Part shown: positions 9,583 to 16,824 of the stretch, piece by piece
How the letters are laid out: every line of letters begins with the position of its first letter
Numbering within the stretch: position 1 is the first letter of the stretch
Assembly (NCBI GenBank): GCA_046759465.1
Contig: JBHICH010000003.1
Span: forward strand, 2,504 to 66,503
Direction: 5' to 3'
Length of the DNA: 64,000 nucleotides
Source: Nitrososphaerales archaeon
GTDB lineage: Archaea > Thermoproteota > Nitrososphaeria > Nitrososphaerales > UBA213
Notes under the pieces: generated by a model
Databases searched by the model: none
Told to the model about the DNA's origin: nothing
What the model saw: the letters and a program-made list of their open reading frames with translations, nothing else
Program-made: the position numbers and the translations under genes

Positions 9583-10260
9583 TCAGATCTTTCTTAATGA
9601 TTCTAAATATCTTTTCTTTATGAACTTGATGAGTTTAATACTGTCTTCTTCCTTCAGGCTTTTTCTATGCGTTCTTAAATACTCCTTTAGTTGTTCAAGT
9701 TCCCGCTGTTTAACTCCAAGTGCTTTAGCGCGCTCAATAATCTCATCATAATTCCTGGACGGAAAATAAGTCTTCTTGGCTATTTTTATCAAAGTCTTTT
9801 TTATTTCATTTGCAAGGATTCCATCCTTTACCGCTGAATACAAGGTGTAGCGTATATCTATCAGTGCTTCGGACTGTAACTTGTAGTCCTGTTCAGAGAA
9901 TGTTACTGCTACCTCGTCATCTGAATCTATCTTGCCCGATTTGTAGAGTTTAAAGATCCTTCCAATGCCTAGCATCCCAAACTTTTCCAGTTCCACAGCA
10001 CGCAAAGCGCCAAGGCTTGCAGCTCCTGCCACAGTCATGTTTTGTTTTTTTATGAGAGTGTAGGTCTCTGTTGGGCTTGGCGGGTAGTCCTGCAAGAAGA
10101 CACTATCAATAAGTCCAATAAAATACACGCCATTTTCTTCATTTGCTATCTTTAGCAAGTCTCCTTTCCTAGCGGGTGATCTATAATCTGCAAGTGGAAA
10201 TATCTTTTTGGCACTTTCCACATCCAAACTTGGACCGAGAAATATTATTGGAAGCAACAT
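9583..10260 (-). CDS. tfuA: TfuA-like protein (YcaO partner for thioamide formation)
   Basis: The N-terminus IIFLGPSL and the overall ~225-aa TfuA pattern. It starts 12 nt after the ycaO stop on the same strand. Confidence 0.85.
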   Translation of the reverse strand: MLLPIIFLGPSLDVESAKKIFPLADYRSPARKGDLLKIANEENGVYFIGLIDSVFLQDYPPSPTETYTLIKKQNMTVAGAASLGALRAVELEKFGMLGIGRIFKLYKSGKIDSDDEVAVTFSEQDYKLQSEALIDIRYTLYSAVKDGILANEIKKTLIKIAKKTYFPSRNYDEIIERAKALGVKQRELEQLKEYLRTHRKSLKEEDSIKLIKFIKKRYLESLRKI

Positions 10261-10272
10261 CTCACCTTATTT

Positions 10273-11631
10273 TCACATGTGAAGCTTAGCGTGAGAAAAA
10301 TATCTCCTTCCGCGCTCTCCAATCGTTCCTTTGGCCACCTTGAAGGTCTCTAATCCAGGCACTATTGCCCTAACTACTGGAATATTTATTCCGCTATTTG
10401 TGAGATTCACTACTATTGCTCTCTTAAATCCTGCTTTCTTTAGACTTGTTAGTATTAGTCGTATATCATCAAGAATATCCTCATTCTCAAATGTCTTAAC
10501 TGCGTTGAAATCTTTCTTCTGTTTTGACCGCATGAACTGCCACGCTTTTGTTTCTGCAGTATTTCCCATTTTGTAATTCATTCTTCGCAGATCATCTCTC
10601 GCACCTTGTATGTTCGCAGCTCTAGTCTGTGATACTTCCGTTATTGCTCTGATCAGTGCTATCCTTGCATCTGGGTTTGTGCCGTGACCCTCCGCAAGGT
10701 ATCCATAATCATGCGTGACCCATTGTACACTCGTAGCAATGAATGTTGGCATCCCAATTTCGGTTGTTATATCTTTAATCAATAACGATATGTTTTCTTC
10801 TTGAAATCTACGTAATAGTGATCGAATGTACTGAAACTCCACTCCTGACACATCTACTTCTGGAAAGATATCTGGATCATCAACAAACTGATCTGATTGT
10901 AAAGGTTTTACATTTAACCCATGGTATCTTAAAGCATCGATCATGGTTCTAAGAACATGGAATGGTACAGCACTTGACCTTAGTTCAGCTAAACTAACTG
11001 CATCCCTCTCTATCACTTCGCAAAGAGCATGGAAGACGGCTTCTTCCAAAATATTTCCACATGCCAGGCCATTGGTATGATGATATTGAAATGGATTTAA
11101 GGTTCCATTTGTTGGCTCATAACGAAATAAGGCTAGAACAGCTGGCACTAATATTATATCTTTTGTAAATAGATCAATGCCTTTGAGAAAATCCATCTGC
11201 ATATGATCTTTATACGGAAATCTTAATGGCTCGACTACATCATCAGGATGTAATACGTATTCTCTTCCGTACTCCTTTGCCAATTCCTCATAACTGCCAG
11301 TTATGAACTGCCGAGGAGCTCCAGTTGGAAGAGCAGAGTACCTCTCAATACTCTCCATCAACGCACTTGCCCTTGCATGCGCCTTTGTTGGTCCTTTCCC
11401 ACTGTAGACCCAGATGTAATCTTCGGTTCCAGGAAGAACTGCGGAGTAATTTGGAATTCTTAATACATCCATGTAAGTGATATCCGCTAACCTAGTTACG
11501 CCAATGTTTTTTGCGATAAGTTCTGCTTTCTTAAGAGTCTCTTCTACAGGACAGACTCTTGACATGGCTTCATTAGCGCATTTTTTATGGCTCTGTAAAT
11601 CAAGCGAATTTGAGTCTGGCATTCTGTTCAC
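10273..11631 (-). CDS. ycaO: YcaO-domain ATP-dependent peptide backbone-activating enzyme
   Basis: Both YcaO ATP/Mg motifs are present (ALMESIERYS and CEVIERDAV). The C-terminal region is Pro-containing (PVVRAIVPGLE). Confidence 0.9.
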   Translation of the reverse strand: MNRMPDSNSLDLQSHKKCANEAMSRVCPVEETLKKAELIAKNIGVTRLADITYMDVLRIPNYSAVLPGTEDYIWVYSGKGPTKAHARASALMESIERYSALPTGAPRQFITGSYEELAKEYGREYVLHPDDVVEPLRFPYKDHMQMDFLKGIDLFTKDIILVPAVLALFRYEPTNGTLNPFQYHHTNGLACGNILEEAVFHALCEVIERDAVSLAELRSSAVPFHVLRTMIDALRYHGLNVKPLQSDQFVDDPDIFPEVDVSGVEFQYIRSLLRRFQEENISLLIKDITTEIGMPTFIATSVQWVTHDYGYLAEGHGTNPDARIALIRAITEVSQTRAANIQGARDDLRRMNYKMGNTAETKAWQFMRSKQKKDFNAVKTFENEDILDDIRLILTSLKKAGFKRAIVVNLTNSGINIPVVRAIVPGLETFKVAKGTIGERGRRYFSHAKLHM

Positions 11632-11666
11632 TTATCTTTTCTTTGGCTATTAATGTATTCATTGTC

Positions 11667-11680
11667 AAAAATTATATAAT
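11667..11680 (+). promoter_or_regulatory. TATA-like box (aaaaattatataat) in the ycaO/small-ORF divergent region
   Basis: An A/T box about 25 nt upstream of ATG 11701, which would fit a leaderless transcript of the small ORF. Confidence 0.3.
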
Positions 11681-11700
11681 TCGTTCTGTCTTTACATGGT

Positions 11701-11880
11701 ATGGAAGAGAAGGGGAAGGAAAAAGAGATCGAAATACTTAATGAAATCTTTGCGAAAGCTGCTAGTGATCGAGAATTCAGGAATATGTTAATTCATGAAA
11801 CTTCTTCTGTTCTGGAAAGATATCCAATATCCAGTGAAACTAAACAAATACTGAAAAAATGTATTTCCGATATGTCATGA
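11701..11880 (+). CDS. 59-aa Nif11/NHLP-leader-like small protein; candidate YcaO-TfuA substrate or partner
   Basis: My own translation is MEEKGKEKEIEILNEIFAKAASDREFRNMLIHETSSVLERYPISSETKQILKKCISDMS, one codon below the 60-aa ORF-track cutoff. The pattern L-x3-F-AKA-x2-D-x2-FR-x2-L ... VLERY-x-IS resembles Nif11/NHLP leader domains. Confidence 0.4.
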   Translation: MEEKGKEKEIEILNEIFAKAASDREFRNMLIHETSSVLERYPISSETKQILKKCISDMS

Positions 11881-11942
11881 ATGCCTATATGAACCCTAAA
11901 GGTTAGCGGGCCCGTCGGGCATTGATCCCGAGACCCCCGGAT

Positions 11943-11956
11943 CTCTTCAGCCAAGT
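11943..11956 (-). other. tRNA-Lys intron 2 (14 nt, ACTTGGCTGAAGAG, canonical position 37/38)
   Basis: An anticodon-intron helix CTTT/GAAG is flanked by the 3-nt bulges TA|A and AG|A next to the anticodon stem. Confidence 0.55.
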
Positions 11957-11963
11957 TAAAAGT

Positions 11964-11976
11964 TTCACCATCGCTT
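11964..11976 (-). other. tRNA-Lys intron 1 (13 nt, AAGCGATGGTGAA, position 30/31)
   Basis: A CACC/GGTG 4-bp helix has the outer helix AGAG/CTTT and an AAA bulge on one side and the unpaired GGA on the other. This is a relaxed bulge-helix-bulge motif. Confidence 0.55.
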
Positions 11977-12026
11977 CCGGTGCTCTACCTGACTGAGCTA
12001 CGGGCCCTTGAAAGTTGTCACGAATG

Positions 12027-12036
12027 CTATAATTTT
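12027..12036 (-). promoter_or_regulatory. TATA-like box for tRNA-Lys
   Basis: The reverse complement reads aaaattatag and is centred about 24 nt upstream of the tRNA 5' end. Confidence 0.3.
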
Positions 12037-12095
12037 AGTCTTTAATCTGTCGTCAAAAGTAAAGGCTTAATCTGCAAACTTGTTTTTTTAGAAAA

Positions 12096-12103
12096 CTTTA
12101 AAG
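12096..12103 (+). promoter_or_regulatory. TATA-like box for tRNA-Asp
   Basis: ctttaaag, centred about 30 nt upstream of tRNA position 1 (12130). Confidence 0.3.
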
Positions 12104-12129
12104 TGGTAACAAAACGGCAGTATATCCGC

Positions 12130-12234
12130 GCCCTGGTAGTATAGCCTGGTCTAGTATGTGGGCCTGTCACGCCTGCGGCCCGGGTTCAAATCCCGGCCAA
12201 GGAATCACTTCGATGATTCCGCCGAAGGGCGCCA
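12130..12234 (+). tRNA. tRNA-Asp(GUC) with a 27-nt intron in the acceptor-stem 3' strand and a genomically encoded CCA
   Basis: The gene reads GCCCTGG-TA-GTAT-AGCCTGGTCTA-GTAT-G-TGGGC-CTGTCAC-GCCTG-CGGC-CCGGG-TTCAAAT-CCCGG-CCA[intron]GGGC-G-CCA. The anticodon GTC is at 12166-12168 and the discriminator is G. Confidence 0.85.
12200..12226 (+). other. tRNA-Asp intron (27 nt, position about 68/69)
   Basis: Removing it restores CCAGGGC, which is complementary to GCCCTGG. The intron contains a perfect 7-bp hairpin GGAATCA-CTTCGA-TGATTCC. The boundary is ambiguous by 1 nt because both junctions are A. Confidence 0.7.
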
Positions 12235-12320
12235 TAAAACTCGGAACCGCAGATACCAGGTCGTTTTAAATTTTTATGAATTAGTAGTTCCATATTTCTG
12301 ATTTCTGATTTCTTCAACAA

Positions 12321-13349
12321 TCAAAGTGCATTCAGCAGCCTTACAAGCTTATCCAGACTTACTTCGAAACCAAACCTCTTTTCTTCCTTCTTCATTTTCC
12401 TGTATATGTTGTAGAGCAGCTTGAAATGTTTGACAGTATTCAGGCTTCCACTCATCTTTAGCCTGATCATTCGATAAACAGCATCGTAGTATCCCAATCT
12501 TTTAAGGACCCTCTTGGCATATTCTTGGGCACTGAAGTCATTATTGTTAAACAGATCAACCAGTATTTCGGAGCAGATCAGTGATGGTATTATGCCTTCA
12601 CCCAGAAGTGGAAAGACACAACCAATCGACTCTCCAACCCCAATAACATTGTTAGTCGTGAATGGCTGCATCCTTGTCGGAGGAGTAATCCTTATCGGTC
12701 TGCCTATCTTCCCTATTACCCTTGCGTTAGGCCTTTCCTTGAAGAACTCGTTTATGCCAAAGTATGCTCGATTCATGTCTCCAGCTCCAACATATCCCCT
12801 TCCATCATTTAGAGGAAAGAACCAGAAATATCCCATGGCTCCCTTGTATCCTATTATGTAAAAATCATTCAGGTCTGAAACGCCATCAACAATATATTCC
12901 CATGCTGGTATTACCAATTCTTTTTCTTCAGGTTTAGGAAGTAGTGATCTATGGAAACCCGTGCAATCCAGTACATAGTCGTATTTGTGAAATGGGAAAT
13001 TATTACTGGTACATCTAACTCCATAGTTTACATTTATTCCGTCGAGCATGTTGCGCTCCCATTTTTGTTTATCATAGGTTACAAGGCCTAGACATTTCAG
13101 AGAATCGCTCTTTCCATTGGGAAGATAGACGCCCATCTTATCTCCAACATGGAAGATGTAGTCATCAAAATTCAATCCAACTGTCTGAGAAAAGTGCGAA
13201 AGCATGTGTCTGGATGCCCCCCAGGCACATACAGGGAAGTGTTGTTCTTTTGGATACCATTCAAAGACTTCAACATCGCTACCCTTTTGCGATAATGCGC
13301 GTGCCAGAAAACTACCTGCAACGCCAGCACCAACAATCGCGAACTTCAT
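12321..13349 (-). CDS. FAD-dependent oxidoreductase, geranylgeranyl-reductase-like
   Basis: N-terminal dinucleotide fold MKFAIVGAGVAGSFLARAL...VEVFE. About 340 aa. The start is trimmed to Met4. Confidence 0.7.
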   Translation of the reverse strand: MKFAIVGAGVAGSFLARALSQKGSDVEVFEWYPKEQHFPVCAWGASRHMLSHFSQTVGLNFDDYIFHVGDKMGVYLPNGKSDSLKCLGLVTYDKQKWERNMLDGINVNYGVRCTSNNFPFHKYDYVLDCTGFHRSLLPKPEEKELVIPAWEYIVDGVSDLNDFYIIGYKGAMGYFWFFPLNDGRGYVGAGDMNRAYFGINEFFKERPNARVIGKIGRPIRITPPTRMQPFTTNNVIGVGESIGCVFPLLGEGIIPSLICSEILVDLFNNNDFSAQEYAKRVLKRLGYYDAVYRMIRLKMSGSLNTVKHFKLLYNIYRKMKKEEKRFGFEVSLDKLVRLLNAL

Positions 13350-13395
13350 GACAATCAAATAGTTGCCAGCAAATGCATAATAATGTTAGGGTTTA

Positions 13396-13890
13396 TCACT
13401 TGAATTTGAGTATATGGAACTCTTCCCGTATTCTAAATTTTGGCTCCCCTCTGTATAGAATTTCATAAATTCTGTAAACGAACCTCTTCTTTGGATAGTA
13501 GCCAACTTCGACTATCCTCCTGAAGGTTTCAAGTCCATGCTTGCTGATTATAGTGCCAATGCCCAACTTGCCAGAGTTAATATCAGCAATTACTTCGTTA
13601 GGCAAACCGTCTGTATGTATCTGCGTTACTGCATGAATAAGATCGTCTTTTGGCCTTTCCTTACTTAGCACAACTTCACGCTCAATTACACCATTTTTAA
13701 TGACCTGTTTCTTCACATTTACAGTGATTGGAGAATCTAGCAATATGCTCAACACTTGCTCGACCGTTCCAATTTCTGCAATTACTATCTTCTGTGACTT
13801 GTTTAACTTTATCTTCGATCTTTTCTCCAATTGCTTCAAGCGCAAAAGCATTTCCCTTCCAAAGTCACGTTCAACTATGCTTACCTTCAT
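13396..13890 (-). CDS. Hypothetical protein, possibly chorismate-lyase-like (DUF98/UbiC fold)
   Basis: The size and a loose pattern (TVEQVLSILL ... REVVL) resemble the UbiC/DUF98 family. The call is weak and made by eye only. It overlaps the upstream membrane-protein gene by 4 nt. Confidence 0.35.
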   Translation of the reverse strand: MKVSIVERDFGREMLLRLKQLEKRSKIKLNKSQKIVIAEIGTVEQVLSILLDSPITVNVKKQVIKNGVIEREVVLSKERPKDDLIHAVTQIHTDGLPNEVIADINSGKLGIGTIISKHGLETFRRIVEVGYYPKKRFVYRIYEILYRGEPKFRIREEFHILKFK

Positions 13891-14618
13891 GCAAGACCAG
13901 ACCTCCAGACGAGAAGTGCAACCGCAACTAAAATTGTTCCGATACTCAAGCTCTTGAGAATCGTTTCATAGCGTCGCATTCTTGTTAGTATTTGCTCGTG
14001 CGATAATGTTTGCGCAAACTTTCCAAGCTTTAACTCCTTGTATGGTCTTGACGTCTTTATCTCTAGATAGCTAAGAAAACCCATGCCGGTTGCGACTATA
14101 AATGCAAGTAAAGATGCCGTGTTTGTCTGCATTATGAAGCCTGCCATTACTGGCAGGACACCCCATGAAAATGCAAACCATCTGTCACTGTGGAACTTGC
14201 CCTTGAACCATTCTAGATTGTATGCAAAGACAAAGAAACCTTCTGCAATTGCGATTATCCATAGCAATGGCACATACAGAACCATGTAGTATACGCCTAT
14301 TGCGTATGCAGGTATCAACGAGCATAAAGATAGTGTCCATAACTGCTTTTTGCTAAAATAACTGCCCCACGGTTTGATTTTTTTTGAACCAAGGGCATCT
14401 AACGAATGAGCGGCTATCCCTAATGCAAGGAAATAGATCAAGGCAATTGCAACAACCCTGTCCCAGTAGATCTTTTCTGCAAGCATTGAACCGATTATCA
14501 CAAAAGAAATATTCATTCCGGTATATGGAAGGAAGAGAAGATTGATGAAAGTCCTTAATTTAGCAGGTCCATATTTTAGAGCAAACCACTCGTTCTCCCT
14601 AGTTTTTTCATCACTCAT
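13887..14618 (-). CDS. Polytopic membrane protein (about 7 TM), unknown function
   Basis: Seven hydrophobic helices. It lacks clear UbiA Asp-rich motifs; only AHSLDALG is present. Confidence 0.5.
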   Translation of the reverse strand: MSDEKTRENEWFALKYGPAKLRTFINLLFLPYTGMNISFVIIGSMLAEKIYWDRVVAIALIYFLALGIAAHSLDALGSKKIKPWGSYFSKKQLWTLSLCSLIPAYAIGVYYMVLYVPLLWIIAIAEGFFVFAYNLEWFKGKFHSDRWFAFSWGVLPVMAGFIMQTNTASLLAFIVATGMGFLSYLEIKTSRPYKELKLGKFAQTLSHEQILTRMRRYETILKSLSIGTILVAVALLVWRSGLA

Positions 14619-14740
14619 TTACAAGTTAGTTATGCGAATTGTCATTTGAATAGTTTTACACTGCTAGTCAAATATCAAACAAGCTTTGAAGAACCGAGAT
14701 AATTAAAAAGATATAAACAGTGTGCAAGGATGTAAGCAGA

Positions 14741-15655
14741 ATGAAAGTTCTCGTAACAGGCGCATCTGGTTTCGTAGGCTCGTCCCTGGTCAATCTTCTA
14801 GTAAACAGGGGCAATGAAGTAACATGCTTGATAAGGAATGAAGAAAAGAAGCAAAAATTTGAAGGGTGCGAAGTTAATTTTTTGGTTGCAGACATAACAG
14901 ACAGGAATGGATTACTTGAGGTGACGAAGAATGTCGATGTTGACGCCTTATTCCATCTTGCAGCAATAAATCCGCTTGAAAAGGACAAGAAGGTACAGCA
15001 ACGTGTTAACATAGATGGAACGAGAAATATCCTTGATGTGTGTTTAAAGAACAACATTGGATTATTTGTCTATGCACAAGGAACTGGCATATTTGGTGAT
15101 GTTAAGGGACAATGGATAGATGAATCAACGCCAAAGAATCCTGATACAGATTTTACAAAGACTAGAAGTAAGGCAGAGGAGATCCTCTGGCAGGCAAACA
15201 AAGAAAATGGTTTACCAGTTACTGTTACCGTTCTTGGTGATGTGTATGGACCTGCAGGATGGTTTGCAGAACTTATTGTGAACAAGTTAAGAGACGGTTC
15301 CTTCATGATTCCAGGCTCTGGCGATTACTACAGAAGTTTTGTACATGTTGATGATGTTGCAAATGCATTGGCCTTGATTACAGAAAAGAATGCGAAAAAC
15401 AATACATACATTGTTGCCGATGATGAACCCATTACCTTTGGTGAATTTGTTAACTTCGTTGCGGAAAAGTTGGGCGTAAAAAGACCTAGGAAGGTGCCGG
15501 CCTTTCTAGCAAAGATGAAGTTAGGTTCAGATATGATTAAACTTCTAACTTATTCTGTGAAGGCAAGAAATGTAAAGATAAAGAAGGAGCTCGGTTTTGC
15601 GCTAAAATATCCAACCTATAGAGAAGGTGTAGAAACTGCATTAAGAGGTTTATAG
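14741..15655 (+). CDS. NAD-dependent epimerase/dehydratase (extended SDR)
   Basis: MKVLVTGASGFVGSSLV Rossmann motif. The start is trimmed to Met8 of the track ORF. Confidence 0.8.
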   Translation: MKVLVTGASGFVGSSLVNLLVNRGNEVTCLIRNEEKKQKFEGCEVNFLVADITDRNGLLEVTKNVDVDALFHLAAINPLEKDKKVQQRVNIDGTRNILDVCLKNNIGLFVYAQGTGIFGDVKGQWIDESTPKNPDTDFTKTRSKAEEILWQANKENGLPVTVTVLGDVYGPAGWFAELIVNKLRDGSFMIPGSGDYYRSFVHVDDVANALALITEKNAKNNTYIVADDEPITFGEFVNFVAEKLGVKRPRKVPAFLAKMKLGSDMIKLLTYSVKARNVKIKKELGFALKYPTYREGVETALRGL

Positions 15656-15658
15656 CTT

Positions 15659-16369
15659 TTATGTGAGATTTCCCCACACTATTGCCGCTGTGTCATGCGT
15701 AAGATTTTTGCATTGAACATTTCTAAATCCGTGACTATCCATCGCTTGTATCAACTCATCTTTCCAATTGCTATGCCTTATGACACCATCAAGTTCATTG
15801 AATACAGGTCTCCATGAGGGAGTGAAGAGCCCCGCAACTCTTAGCATCTTGAAGTATGTATTCCATAAACCTTTCATAACAGAACGTCTTGGATAAGTAA
15901 AATCATGCATTACTAGAATCCCATTATCCTTCAATACTCTCGCAGCTTCGCTTACAACAAGATCGATATTGCAGTATTTTGGAAGATAAGAACCAGTTAC
16001 ACAATCAAAATCATTATCTGGCTTTGGAATTGTTTCAGCGGCTGAAACGCAGAAAGTAATATTATTGATCCCTCTTTTCTTTGTTTTTTTCTTTGCAATT
16101 CTAATATTCTCTTCGATCAGATCAACACCAAATACATGGGTAACTTTGCTTGCTAATGCAAATGTAAGTATCCCAGTTCCGCATGCAAGATCTAGAACTC
16201 TGTAATTACATTTTGGAATAAGATCAAGTATTTCCTTCTTCCATATGACATCTTGACCAAATGTTGTTATGTTTACTACTCTATCATAACTTGCTGATGT
16301 GCCTTTGAAAAACTTCCTTGCTACCTTGTGGCCTTCATGCGCAAGCCTCTGACTACTTGTTTGGCTCAA
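15659..16369 (-). CDS. UbiE/MenG-like class I SAM-dependent methyltransferase
   Basis: The N-terminal pattern SYDRVVNITTFGQDVIWKK parallels the UbiE pattern YDxMNDxxSxGxHRxWK. The SAM motif VLDLACGTG is present. Confidence 0.7.
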   Translation of the reverse strand: MSQTSSQRLAHEGHKVARKFFKGTSASYDRVVNITTFGQDVIWKKEILDLIPKCNYRVLDLACGTGILTFALASKVTHVFGVDLIEENIRIAKKKTKKRGINNITFCVSAAETIPKPDNDFDCVTGSYLPKYCNIDLVVSEAARVLKDNGILVMHDFTYPRRSVMKGLWNTYFKMLRVAGLFTPSWRPVFNELDGVIRHSNWKDELIQAMDSHGFRNVQCKNLTHDTAAIVWGNLT

Positions 16370-16410
16370 TACACATATAATTTAAGAAGCAAGGATTAAA
16401 TCGTTTGTTT

Positions 16411-16800
16411 TTACTTATTGAAAAAGACTCTAACATATGGTCTTGTCAGGTAATAGATTGCAGCTGAAAAAAGTATCAGACCTGCTATGCCGAACGTAGA
16501 AGGTAACTCGAAAGCCCTATTGTAAAGTATATTCAATATTGACGCAACAATTCCAAATGACATGAAAGCTATGCCAAGAAGCAGTGCCCACGACTTTCGC
16601 TTAGCCATACCAAATATCGCTATAAAGATGAATATTCCTATGCCAAGAGTGAAGGAAGCCCCTACAGATGCAATGGCAGCTATTTCGGTCTCATAATACT
16701 CAAGCAGAGTTAAACTTCCTATTACAATATTGTAAGCTGCACCAAGCCCAAGAAGGATCATTATTAGTGGTATGCCCAGCTCTGTTTTCACACTAATCAC
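16411..16800 (-). CDS. Hypothetical 4-TM membrane protein
   Basis: Hydrophobicity pattern only. Confidence 0.45.
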   Translation of the reverse strand: MISVKTELGIPLIMILLGLGAAYNIVIGSLTLLEYYETEIAAIASVGASFTLGIGIFIFIAIFGMAKRKSWALLLGIAFMSFGIVASILNILYNRAFELPSTFGIAGLILFSAAIYYLTRPYVRVFFNK

Positions 16801-16824
16801 CTCAAACTATTTTTCTAATTACTT

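Larger units (their letters stand above)
11907..12007 (-). tRNA. tRNA-Lys(UUU) with two introns
   Basis: - Acceptor GGGCCCG/CGGGCCC with discriminator G.
- D arm GCTC-AGTCAGGTA-GAGC.
- T arm TCGGG-ATCAATG-CCCGA.
- Removing 13 nt and 14 nt gives the anticodon arm CCGGA-CTTTTAA-TCCGG (anticodon at 11958-11960).
- CCA is not encoded. Confidence 0.75.

Noticed and set aside
11943-11956. A perfect tRNA-Phe-type anticodon loop, CTGAAGA (anticodon GAA), inside the tRNA gene at 11907..12007.
   Set aside because: Using it leaves two extra nucleotides (GA) before the 3' stem strand. That gives a 9-nt loop and a 75-nt body. The acceptor GGGCCCG with discriminator G also fits Lys, not Phe. I treat it as part of intron 2.
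12294-12314. A short tandem repeat, atttctg atttctg atttctt.
   Set aside because: It has only about three 7-nt units in an intergenic or 3' region. There is no spacer structure, so it is not a CRISPR array or a meaningful satellite.
12514-12861. A plus-strand 115-aa ORF. Similar ORFs occur at 7583..7960, 17423..17806, 3554..3901, 35844..36218, 50128..50594 and 22748..23206.
   Set aside because: All lie antisense to longer ORFs that have clear domain signatures or TM patterns. None has a motif or its own intergenic promoter space.
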